This document shows positions 36,259-47,411 of a stretch of DNA of 64,000 nt, in pieces. The position numbers were made by a program, and so were the translations under genes. A model generated the notes under the pieces. It worked only from the letters and a program-made list of their open reading frames with translations. It did not search any database and was not told the DNA's origin. Positions within the stretch are counted from its first letter, which is position 1. Each line of letters begins with the position of its first letter. The DNA is from Macrostomum lignano (taxonomy: Eukaryota), in contig NIVC01001690.1 of NCBI GenBank assembly GCA_002269645.1, forward strand, positions 185,368-249,367. Reading direction: 5' to 3'.

Positions 36259-37542
36259 CATAGGCGTAGGGACGTGGGGCCATGGCCCCCCACTTTTTAA
36301 AATGGGGGGGGGCAGTAATGGCATCTGGCCCCTCCACATTTTAAATGTAAAATGTAGACTTCTTGATTATTTTTTGTTTTTGCTGCTTTGCATGAATACA
36401 TTTTGCTACGGGGCGACAAAACATAGCGCCTGCAGCGCCAAAATGAGTGCCTGCAGCGCCAAAATGAGTGCCTGCAGCGCCAAAATGAGTGCCTGCAGCG
36501 CCAAAATGAGTGCCTGCGGCACTTTATAAAATGAGTGCCTGCAGCGCCAAAATGAGTGCCTGCAGCGCCAAAATGAGTGCCAGTAGCGCCAAAATGAGTG
36601 CCTGCGGCACTTTATAAAATGAGTGCCTGCAGCGCCAAAATTAGTGCCTGCGGCGCTAAAATGAGTTGCCTGTGGCGCCAAAATGAGTGTCTGCAGCGCC
36701 AAAATGAGTGCCTGCAGCGCCAAAATGAGTGCCAGTAGCGCCAAAATGAGTGCCTGCGGCACTTTATAAAATGAGTGCCTGCAGCGCCAACATGAGTGTC
36801 TGCAGCGCCAAAATGAGTGCCTGCGGCGCTAAAATGAGTTGCCTGTGGCGCCAAAATGAGTGCCTGCAGCGCCAAAATGAGTGCCTGCAGCGCCAAAATG
36901 AGTGTCTGCAGCGCCAAAATGAGTGTCTGCAGCGCCAAAATGAGTGCCTGCAGCGCCAAAATGAGTGTCTGCAGCGCCAAAATGAGTGCCAGTAGCGCCA
37001 AAATGAGTGCCTGCGGCACTTTATAAAATGAGTGCCTGCAGCGCCAAAATGAGTGTCTGCAGCGCCAAAATGAGTGTCTGCAGCGCCAAAATGAGTGTCT
37101 GCAGCGCCAAAATGAGTGCCTGCAGCGCCAAAATGAGTGCCAGTAGCGCCAAAATGAGTGCCTGCGGCACTTTATAAAATGAGTGCCTGCAGCGCCAAAA
37201 TTAGTGCCTGCGGCGCTAAAATGAGTTGCCTGTGGCGCCAAAATGAGTGTCTGCAGCGCCAAAATGAGTGCCTGCAGCGCCAAAATGAGTGCCTGCAGCG
37301 CCAAAATGAGTGTCTGCAGCGCCAAAATGAGTGTCTGCAGCGCCAAAATGAGTGCCTGCGGCACTTTATAAAATGAGTGCTGACAAGATGGGTTTTGAAA
37401 ACAATTGGAACATGATAATTTGCATTTTCCATATAAAAAATCCAACTCGACGGGGCGTGCACCCTGTGGGCCCCCCCCCCCCCCCCCCTAAATCCATCAC
37501 TGAACCTGCCCCCCCACTTTTTGAAACGTTCCTACGCCTATG
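36259..37542. mobile_element. hAT-type non-autonomous element carrying a 21-nt satellite
   Basis: TIR CATAGGCGTAGG(G/A)ACG at both ends; 8-bp TSD CGCTGACA (36251-36258) / CGCCGACA (37543-37550), 7/8 identical. Confidence 0.8.
36420..37380. repeat. 21-nt minisatellite (aaaatgagtgcctgcagcgcc) with recurring variant blocks
   Basis: Direct inspection. Confidence 0.95.
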
Positions 37543-39001
37543 CGCCGACAGAATATCGAGCGTCACTAGCCCGTTGATCGATTAATTATTTTTGTTGTAG
37601 GCAGGTTTTCAAGGGCTGCAAAGATTTAAATCGTGATTAAATCAAGTTAAATTTTCTGAGCTTTCTGTTACCCTCGAGCGGTATCAAAGCCACTAATTGT
37701 TGCCAGCTGTTGCACTTAAAGACTTGCACTATGAAGTTTGCAGCGTGGCAGCAATTCTCGATGACTTAAGAAAATCACTGATTGCCTGTCATCATTCTTA
37801 TCTTAATTAGCCAAATCTGTCAAATCATGGAAAGATCTCGGTCGGCACCACTAAATGAGCGACAACAACAACACAACAACAACAAATGAGCGAATAATTC
37901 AAAGCTTCGGTCTGGATTGCTGTTTTGTTTTAACGCGACTCGTAGAAGGTTCAGCCGTGCAATCTGCGCACGATTTTGTTAATTTTTAAAAAAACGAGAC
38001 GTCATTCTTCGTTTGTGCACTGAGTATACTACTTAGTAAGTAGGGAAGTTAAGTCCTGCAAAGTTCTGTAAATGGAAATATGTAGGCTGACCTACACTAC
38101 ATTACAGTCGTTATAATACAAAAGAAATAATACTCAAATCTTTCAAATTTCCCCGTGGAAATCGGATTCTCATAGTATAGTATAGTTCCCGCCGTAATTA
38201 TATTATACATATATGATTAATTAAATATACTGTAATTATAATCATACCGGTATTATTATTTTTGCCATTCTTAGCGTACGAGCGTAGGTACATCGTACAT
38301 GTAGGTAATAAAGTGAGGGAAGGAAATGAATAATGACCTTTCTCTGGGCCATAAATGAATATAAAGCAACTTTCAACAGCCGTCGATTTACTGAAAGGTA
38401 CACAGGCTTTATGCAAATATTTTTTTAGATTTGAGCTAACGAATCGAATGTAACTGCTAGGGTAATGCTAATGCATTCTGGCACAAGACAGGAAATTTCT
38501 AACTCGATTGATATTCGACAATTTGCATTTACGAAAACCGAAAGGAGAGCAGAGCTTAAATAAAAACAAAACCTGAACAGAAGCAATTCAAAAGTGAACT
38601 CGTATTGCAATTGCACAGTTAGTCTTGCACAGGTAGAGACAGTCATGCGCTAATACTAACAACAGACACGACGCTATGGCCTATTGGGGCGCGGGGGCAG
38701 AAAAAAGACATTGGGGTTTGCACACCCCGTTTTCGTTCGGTTCTGGCGTTGATTAACTATAAAAAAGAGAAGGGGTTGGGTTGGAGCTATATTGGTACAA
38801 TGTACATTTGTAGAATTTGGCCCCTCCGAAGGAAAGGGTAAAGAATATTGCCCCACCCCAAGAGGGCATGTACATTGCACCCCCTTTCTCCATGGCCCTT
38901 AACGAAGATAAGGCCTCACCTCTATACAAAAACGCCCTGCAGGCCAATTTCAACTTAATTGAACTGAAATTAAACAAACGCCGCGATTAAGCAATACGGT
39001 C

Positions 39002-41095
39002 ATGGAGCGGGAATACCCGAAAAGGAAATCGTCAACGCACCCGGACAGAGTCGGTAAGAGGCGTCGATACAAGCGACTGCTATTTAAGAATGGCGACATG
39101 AACATAACGCAGTGCTCGGTGAAAGACAGGCGGAGGCGCTATCTAGCCGACATATTCACGACGCTAATTGATTCAAAATGGACTTACGCCGTTTTGTTAT
39201 TTGTTGCTGTTTTCGTTCTCAGCTGGTTAATTGGCGGCCTAATTTGGCTATTGGTGGCCTTCAGCCGGCAGGACACGATCCCAGAAAAAGCTGACTCTGC
39301 TCGCTGCGTCTATGGAGTGAGTAGCTTTGTAACTGCGTTTCAGTTCTCCTTGGAAACTCAGCACACCATCGGTTACGGTACGCCTCGAACGGCGAATTCT
39401 TTTTGCCCAGAGGTGGTACTGTTTGTTATGCTGCAGTCGGTTGTCGGCGTGCTCATACAGGTGAGTGACAGCCTGTTAATTGCTTTCGTACTCTGTTTAT
39501 CTGTTTGACAAAAAGCTGGTTTGAATTCAAACTTCGAGAAAAAGTCCGTGCGCTACTGCGCCACGTGTTGCCACTTGCCAGCTGCCCCAGCTTCACAAGC
39601 AATTAAAGTACATGCTATAGTTTCTCCCTGTTTTGCTATTTGCAGTCAGCATACTGTACTTAAAGTAGCCCAATTTTAAGTCTAAATCTACTTTAGCCTT
39701 TATTATTCAGTAGTAGCAAAAGATTGAGTATATAAATATTTAGCATACCGAAACGTGTGTGTGTGTGTCACATGATGCAGACAGTGTGTCACATGATGCA
39801 GACAGTGTGTCACATGATGCAGACAGTGTGTCACATGATGCAGACAGTGTGTCACATGATGCAGACAGTGTATGTCACATGATGCAGGCAGTGTATGTCA
39901 CATGATGCAGACCGTGTCACATGATGCAGACAGTGTATGTCACATGATGCAGGCAGTGTGTCATGATGCAGACAGTGTCACAATGCAGACAGTGTCACAT
40001 TATGCAAGCAGTGTGTCACATGATGCAGACAGTTGTCACATGATGCAGACAGTGTCACATTATGCAGGCAGTGTGTCACATGATGCAGGCAGTGTGTCAC
40101 ATGATGCAGGCAGTGTGTGTGTGTGTCACTTGATGCAGGCAGTGTGTGTCACATGATGCAGGCAGTGTGTGTCAAGAGACAGGGACGCCAACCTAAGAGA
40201 CAGGGGCGCCAACCTAAGAGACAGGGGCGCCAGCCTAAGAGACAGGGGCGCCAGCCTAAAAGACAGGGGCGCCAGCCTAAAAGACAGGGGCGCCAGCCTA
40301 CTCGTAAGAAACAGGGGAACTGAATTAATTGATTCAACTGAGTCCGAACTCCAGAAAGCTTAATTCAGCTGACTGGCTCCTCAAAAACCCGCACCCATGC
40401 AGGCCTTCATGACGGGGTTCATATTCTCAAAGCTGACTCTACCCGGCAAGCGAGCTGGCGCCATCATGTTCAGCCGAGAGGCCCTAGTTACTAAGCGAGA
40501 CGACCAAATGGTGCTGCTAATTCGGGTTGGCGACATGCGCCGGTCCCAGCTGATGGAGGCCAGCATCAAGGGCACTTTAGTACGAAAGCGAATCACTAGG
40601 GAAAACGAGATATTGCCGTTGGAACAATTCCGAGTCGATTTTGGCGCCTCCACAGGTAGAGACCGCCTGTTCCTGCCGTTCCCAGCCATTGTGGAGCATC
40701 GAATCGATGAGAAATCCCCGTTTTGGGATATCTCAGCCGACGACCTTCAGCACGAGCAGTTCGAGCTGGTAGTGGCTCTGGCCGGCGTGGCGGAGTCGAC
40801 CGGAAGCACAGCGGAAGCTCGCACCTCCTACCTGCCCTCGGAGATTCGTTGGGGCTACAATTTCGAACGATTAGTAACCTATCAGAAAGAAAACGGTCGC
40901 TACCAGATCGATTTTAACAAATTCAATTCCACCCGCCCGACGCCTCTGTTTCCTAGAATGTCGGCCAGGCAGATGGCCGGCCTGTGCGAGGCCAATCTGA
41001 GACTCTTTGATGCGCCAGCCTCAGCCGGCTCTCGCATATCGGCTATTGATGAAACTCAAACAGTCAATCCCGAAGAGATGGACACTTATCTCTGA
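39002..41095 (+). CDS. Inward-rectifier potassium channel (Kir/IRK), 2 exons
   Basis: Exons 39002-39460 and 40403-41095 (GTGAGT..CAG, phase 0). Motifs: K.G..NI, LADIFTTLID.KW, FSLETQHTIGYG, CP, QAFMTGFIFSK, LFLP...EH.IDE.SP, ARTSY.P.EI.WG..F. Confidence 0.95.
39755..40300. repeat. Two intronic minisatellites: 21-nt gtgtgtcacatgatgcagaca (to ~40160) and 21-nt gacaggggcgccagcctaaga (40172-40300)
   Basis: Direct inspection. Confidence 0.9.
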
Positions 41096-41143
41096 CAGGC
41101 TGGCCGAGTTTACATCAAGGACTACTCCTTCCTCGGTACTTGG

Positions 41144-41589
41144 CACAGATACTAGATGGGCCACTCAGCATATTTGCGTGCAAGCTACTTTTAGTTCAGT
41201 AGTAAGTTAAACAGAAGAATTTTAATTGTATTTTTAAACCCAAGGCTCATTTATTGGCTCTCACCCCCCAAGCTTAAACCCGCCAACCGCGCCTTTCCAC
41301 ACTTACCCCCCGCCCGCCCCAATTTTTATTGCCTTTCTCGGAATTCCCGCCTAAAGCTGCCATTTACATTTCAGTGGACATGGCTAATGTACATTATTGC
41401 TGAACCAATTAAGCAGGTTGTTTACGCACCTGCAAGCTTGGGCTTCTAAACTTATTAAATTCGTTTCAGCTGCCTTTATTTTTATAAAATAGCTTATGTA
41501 TTCTTCTTTGCTACTGAACTGAAAGTAGAAAGCAGTTTTGCTAAGTATATATGCCTTGAGGGGCCGATCTAGTTATTTTAGTATCTGTG
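41144..41589. mobile_element. MITE with the same CACAGATACTA termini as the P-like element at 1592-2774, just downstream of the Kir stop
   Basis: Left end cacagatacta at 41144, right end tagtatctgtg at 41589; subterminal gccactcag / gctactgaactgaaagtagaa similar to the 1592 TIR; flanking 8-mers (GTACTTGG / GTCCTACA) match only 4/8. Confidence 0.6.
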
Positions 41590-42256
41590 GTCCTACATTC
41601 AGTCAGGGTAGGAACGAGGGCCTCTAGAAGTTACCGTTGCGTCAGGGCGTATCGCATAACAATTCGCATTTTGTGGACAATTTATTTGAAGGTCCAACCT
41701 AACGTTTTAAACACAGAATGAACGATTTCTTAACATTCTGCTAATACCACGATTACACGAGGGTAAAAAACTGAAAACTTGAAGCGAGATTAGGCCTTGA
41801 AATTATTGAAGCGTAAGTAGTATATTACGTCCTGACATGATTGCAACGGTAACAGTGCTATATCTATAAGAACTGTATTTTTAAGTTGAGAACCTGTGAA
41901 AATTCTCATTATTTGTTTTAGGCTCTGATAAATCAAAGTTAAATATAGTTAAAGGACTTAGCTAGTACTTTAACTTCATTAACAAATGTTTTTGTTGTTC
42001 TAACTTTTTTGTGCTGTATAACAAAAATCTCGATGGTTGTAATTGTTTCCTAGATTTTCACGCTCTTTTGTTCTGTAACTTTTTTCCATTTAAATGTTGA
42101 ATTGAACACACTATTATGTGTAGAGTAGTTTCGAATTAGAAACAATAAAAGTGTTAGTTAATAATTTGCCAGGTATTTTCTAGTCGAATACAATCATAAA
42201 AATGTATGTAGTTTTTTTTTCTTTTCTAATTTTAAAATGTCTGCAAGAGATGCATT

Positions 42257-44263
42257 CAGTGGCGTCCAAGGGGGGGGGCTGCCTCAATTAGGCCACGCGG
42301 GCGCCGTGTGGCCCCCACTTTTAGTTTTTTCACTTTGGATTTTCCAAAAAATAGTTTGAAAAACCCTTTTTTTCTTTTTTACAATTTTTATTTTAGAAAC
42401 AAAAGTTTTTATACTAGCACTTGTAAGCTGTTGAAACCTGCGGATCTTGAACCCGTGGAATTCCAATACCCGGAATTATTTTCGCACGTATTCTAAAATC
42501 TGAAGTCATACTCAAAAACTTGTTAATAGTTAGGATGGAGATGAACATAAAATGGAGTAAATTCCTGTAAGATTAAGATTTGAGGCAAGCATTGATCTCG
42601 TTGGCTGGGGTGCTGTGCAGAATATCAGGCAAATGTCGATCTAAAACATGTATTTGAAAATTCAGGAAAACTCTGACCTCTGCCTCTCTCTACATGTACA
42701 TCCCTCGGATCCTTTGAAACTTCTATCTTCGCTTCTGTTTCCTCTCTTCTCTCTCATCTTTCGTCTCTCCTGTCATCTCTTCTTTCCTCTTTCCTCTCTC
42801 CTCTCTCCCCTCTACTCTCGTCTCTTCCCTTTCCTCTCTTTTCTCTCCTCTCTTCTCTCTCTTCTCTTCTCTTCTCTCTCATCTCTCTCATCTCATATCT
42901 TCTCTCTTATTTCCTCTCTCCTCTCTCCTCTTACTTATCTCTCTGCTCTCCACTCGCCATCTCTCTTCTCTCTACTTTCTCCCCTCTCCATTCTCCTCTT
43001 TCCTCTCCCCTCTATCCCCTGTTGTCGATTCTCTCCCTTCTTCTCTCCTTACTCTACTTCTTTCTCCCTTTGTCTCTCTTCTCTGCTCTCACACATTTTT
43101 CTTCTCTCTACTCTCTCCTCTCGTCTCCATAATCTCTTATCTCTCCTCTGTTCTCTCTACTCTCCCATCTCTTGTCTGTTTACTCTCGTCTCTGTTCTCT
43201 CTTCTCTCCTCTTTCTTCTGTCAACTTTAATCTCTATGTTCTCATGTCTTTCCCTGTACTCTATTATTTCCCGTCTTTGACCCCTCTCTTTCCTTTCTCC
43301 TCTCTTCTCTTATCTCTCCACTCCCCTCTCTCTTCTCTTTCATCTCTCATCTCTCATTTCTCATTTCTCCTGTCATCTCTACCACCTTATCTCTTTTCTC
43401 TTAACTTTACTCTCTCGTCTCTCATTTTTCTTATTTTATCTCTGCTTGCTCTCTTATCTCTTCTCATTACTCTCTGCTCTCTACTCTCTCCTCTCTCCCT
43501 CTTCTCACTCCTCACTCTCCCCTCTCTCAAAACTTCCCTCCTCTTCTCTCTGTCCTCTCTTGTCTCGATATTCTCTCCTATCTATCTCCTCTCTCCCTCA
43601 TCTCTAATCTGTACTATCCTTTTAACATCTCTCCTCTGTTCTCTCTGCTTGCTTATCTCCACCCTATAATCTCTCCTTTCTCCACTCTCATCTCTCTACT
43701 CTCTCCTATCTACTCTCTCCCTCTCATCTCTACTGTCTTCTATCTGCTCTCCACTTCCTCCTATCTATTCTTTCCTCTCTCATCTCTACTCTCTTCTATC
43801 TCCCTCTTCTCACCTTTACTCTCTCCTCCCATTTCTCCCTACTCTCTCCCCTTCTTCTCTGCCCTCTCCTCTCACTTCTCCTCTCCTCTCACAGTAAAAA
43901 TATATACTCTGCAGAGATTAGCCAATAATTAAATGAACCAACAGAGCTTTTGATGAGAATCTGCCAGGAAAAGTAAATTATAAAGTTAATGTATTTGTGT
44001 TTAGCTTTCTATTAAAAAATTTTCCAAAAGCAAATCCTAAAAAGTGTTCTTGGGCAAAAAACATTTAAAATGTTAGTTAAATCAACTTAGCTATTGCATT
44101 CATTCTTTGCGAGATCTTTTTCGGATGTCATTTTTACTTCTCGGTAAAAATCAGCTTTTACAATAATTAAAAAAACTCATTTCAAGATGTTGGCATAGCC
44201 CCTTCAGTTTTTACTGGGCTCTTAACTGGGCCCCCCATCCTGAAACCTCTGGACGCGCCCCTG
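42257..44263 (+). mobile_element. hAT-type non-autonomous element (2007 bp) with ~1.2-kb CT-rich interior
   Basis: Imperfect TIRs CAGTGGCGTCCA / (rc) CAGGGGCGCGTCCA; perfect 8-bp TSD GATGCATT at 42249-42256 and 44264-44271; second copy at 420-1005. Confidence 0.8.
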
Positions 44264-44760
44264 GATGCATTTAGAGCAGGTCAAAAAACTCAAGCGGTTC
44301 AAAAGTTCTTTGCTTCGCTTACAGTCTGGGGCCAATCAGCGCACAGTGGGGGAGGGGGGTTGGTGCGGATCAATAAAACTGGTGGGGTGCAAGGCTCGCT
44401 TCGCTTACAGTTTGGCGGCCTGGAGCCAATCAGCTAGCTCACAGTGGGGGGGGGGTTGGTGTGCGGGTCAATAAAACTAGTAGGGTGCAAGAGACGGGTC
44501 TCAGTATTTAACGATCAGCGTACAGTGGCGGTGTGTTGGTGGGGTGACACTGCACGTATCATGTGACTTATTCCAAGTTGTGGCCAATCGGCGCACGGCA
44601 TCCGGATGGGGGATAAATGGTGTACATGTGCATGTACACGTTCATGGATCAATATGCATGCGCTTGAATATCTGGAAGTATGTAAAGTTGACTAAATGTA
44701 TGAGCAGTACGCCTCAACTATTCAGGGAATGGTCTCGATACATTTCCATCATAGACTGCA

Positions 44761-46935
44761 TCATGTAGTTGATGTTTGCACAGCCGTCTCACCAGCAGAC
44801 AGACGGCCGCAGCCACTCATGCAGCGCATAGCGTCCAAAAACGCCGCTCGGAATCTTCTGGACGCAAACAGTGTGCAGCCGTTCAAGCAGAAGTCCAAAT
44901 ACATCAGCGAGTTCAACAGCTGATGAATTAGGATGTGCCTGACCGGTCCCAGCCTAGCAACCAGCTGAGGATCCGCTATTCTGGCAGCTACATAGAGCCC
45001 GGCGGGCAGGCTGCACAGGATGTAAGTAGCGTTCAACAGCAGCAAGATCAAAGTGGCCCTGCTGTGCGACCGGCCGCAACAGCTAGTGGCAGCAGTCGCG
45101 AAGCCGCTGCCGCGTGCAGACACCGAGTTGCGGCAGCAGGCGAAGCCGCACCGCAGCGCCGTCGGCCACCGGATGGCTACAAGTACAAGTGCACTGCCCA
45201 GCAGCATGCAGCCAAGCAGCAGCACCCGGCCCACTATGAATTCGTACAGGCGGAACGCTGCGAATGCCGCCGAGTCGCCGTTCGTGCACCTGTTTGGCTG
45301 AGCAAATCTGTGTTGGCAAGGCGTCTTCAAATTACATTAATGGCGTAGCATTTACATGCATTCATCATTGCTACATTGCTATGTAATAAGTCTCGAACTT
45401 AAGTACCTGAATACCTACATTATTAACCTGAACTCACTACTGTAACTATAGTATACATGTACATGTATATGTAGTGTCAGTCAACTACGCATTACTACAC
45501 TATATACATGTAGTAGTAGCCTAACTCACACAACTATTCACCCACTCAACCACTCATCTACTCACCCACTCACTCACCCTACTCACCCATTCACTCACCA
45601 ACACACCCATTCACCTACTCACCAACTCACCAACTCACCCCACTCACATCACTCACTCATTCACTCACCTACTCACTCATTCACCTACATCTCATATACT
45701 CACCATGAACCATTACTCAACTACACCTGTACTCACGCACTCACCCACTAACTCGCGCGCTAAACCAGTGACCCACTGATTCACTCACTTCATAGTCAGC
45801 GAGCCGAACACAGCTATTGAGCAGGCAATCAAGCTGAGCGCAGTCATGGTAACCAGCACCATTCGACTGCTCAACCCGTGCCGCATCTTCATTGGACGCA
45901 GCACGCTCACTATCCGGTCCAGTGTCAGCCCCAGCTGGAAGTAGGGGCGCCAACCAACAGCAGGAATGTTAGAAAATAGTAGATTCGGCAGGCGGCCTCA
46001 GATCTGCCAGAGATATATTCCGGTCTGCAAGGATTGCGTCACCAATGCCAGGGGGTAGATTGCTTTTTGGCACACCGTAATAACGAAATTGCATGCAAAC
46101 ACTCATGCCGTTATGACCCAGTGATACACGTACATGTACAGTGAGTCAATAATGACCTGGGAATGATGTGCAAATAACACCGTGATTCCCGAAATCATGA
46201 GATACTCCTGACCCCAACACATCAACATGAGACACTCCTGACCCCGACACATCAACATGAGACACTTCTGACCCCGACACATCAACATGAGACACTTCTG
46301 ACCCCGACACATCAACATGAGACACTTCTGACCCCGACACATCAACATGAGACACTCCTGACTCCGACACATTAACATGAGACACTCTTGACCCCGACAC
46401 ATCAACATGAGACTCTCCTGACCCCGACACATCAACATGAGACACTCCTGACCCCGACACATCAACATGAGACACTCCTGACCCCGACACATCAACATGG
46501 AACACTCCTGACCCGACACATTGACTCCTGACCCCGACACATCAACATGAGACACTCCTGACCCCGACACATCACAAAAAGACACTCCTGACTCAGAGAT
46601 CACATTAGACAACTCCAGAATTCAACATCAGGATACCCGACTCACTGATACGGCCACCACTGCAGCCCGAACCGTCCCAGACACTGCAAGTAGTGCGTCG
46701 GTCCTTTAAGCATCAGCGCCGCGCAGTTGACGCCGCACACGCTGCCAACGAACATCCTCGCCGACGCGGTTAACGGAGGCGGTCGCCGATCTCGCCAGAC
46801 AACGACAATCAGCGATGCCAAATTGACGAATATCCCGACGACGCAGACTAGAGGGAACAGCCAGACGAAGGTGTACACAAACGCTGACTGGGCTGGTGTC
46901 AAGGGACTGCTGATGTTCGAGAACGGCGGTATCAT
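44761..46935 (-). CDS. Orphan rhodopsin-like (class A) GPCR, 3 exons, apparent frameshift in TM3
   Basis: Exons 46935-46646 (TM1 GIFVNLASL, TM2), 46024-45789 (SEAACRIYYFLTF..SSW, then -1 frame LGLTLDRIVSVLRPMK, TM4), ~45307-44761 (TM5, TM6 ATLILL..YILCSLP, TM7 LMYLDFCLN..SRRFR); phase-2 junctions are consistent only if exon 2 is frameshifted. Confidence 0.75.
45530..45790. repeat. Degenerate (CACT)n microsatellite in GPCR intron 2
   Basis: Direct inspection. Confidence 0.8.
46195..46600. repeat. 30-nt minisatellite (gagacactcctgaccccgacacatcaacat), GPCR intron 1
   Basis: Direct inspection. Confidence 0.9.
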
Positions 46936-47411
46936 GACTGGATCTGTCGGTTGCAGTGCGGATTAACAGCTGGCTGATTCCAGTTTAAATTGAAAAACCA
47001 AACCAATACCACCTGATACTGAAATCACACTTGATTTATGATTTGTTTATTGAACCGTGTTTCCATGCATAAGTCTGCGACTGCAGTTTGTACCTTACTT
47101 TTTGCAATAACTGAGTTATGCTTGCCCTGGGCAAACACACATTGATCTAAGTGCTCAGCATTGACTCCAGTCACGAAGCTGCTGCGTGACTGCTTGACAA
47201 GGACTACTTAAATCCTTGATTGCAGGACCGTGTCAAAGCCTAAAATAGAACAGCCTGCATTGGACAGCTGTTATGGCTCTGGGACTTTGATAACACAGAA
47301 ATTCGTATATTCCAATGAAAGTGTCCCCAGGGTATTGATAGTTAATGCGCTTTTATGCCCTTATTTACCGTGTCTTTGGGTATTAATTCCTCGTGCCTAA
47401 GGCATTCTATC

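Noticed and set aside
36211-37503. Second TIR pair (cagtagcctatctaggg / ccctaaatccatcactg) around the 21-nt array
   Set aside because: Weak match, no TSD, and the geometry crosses the well-supported 36259-37542 element
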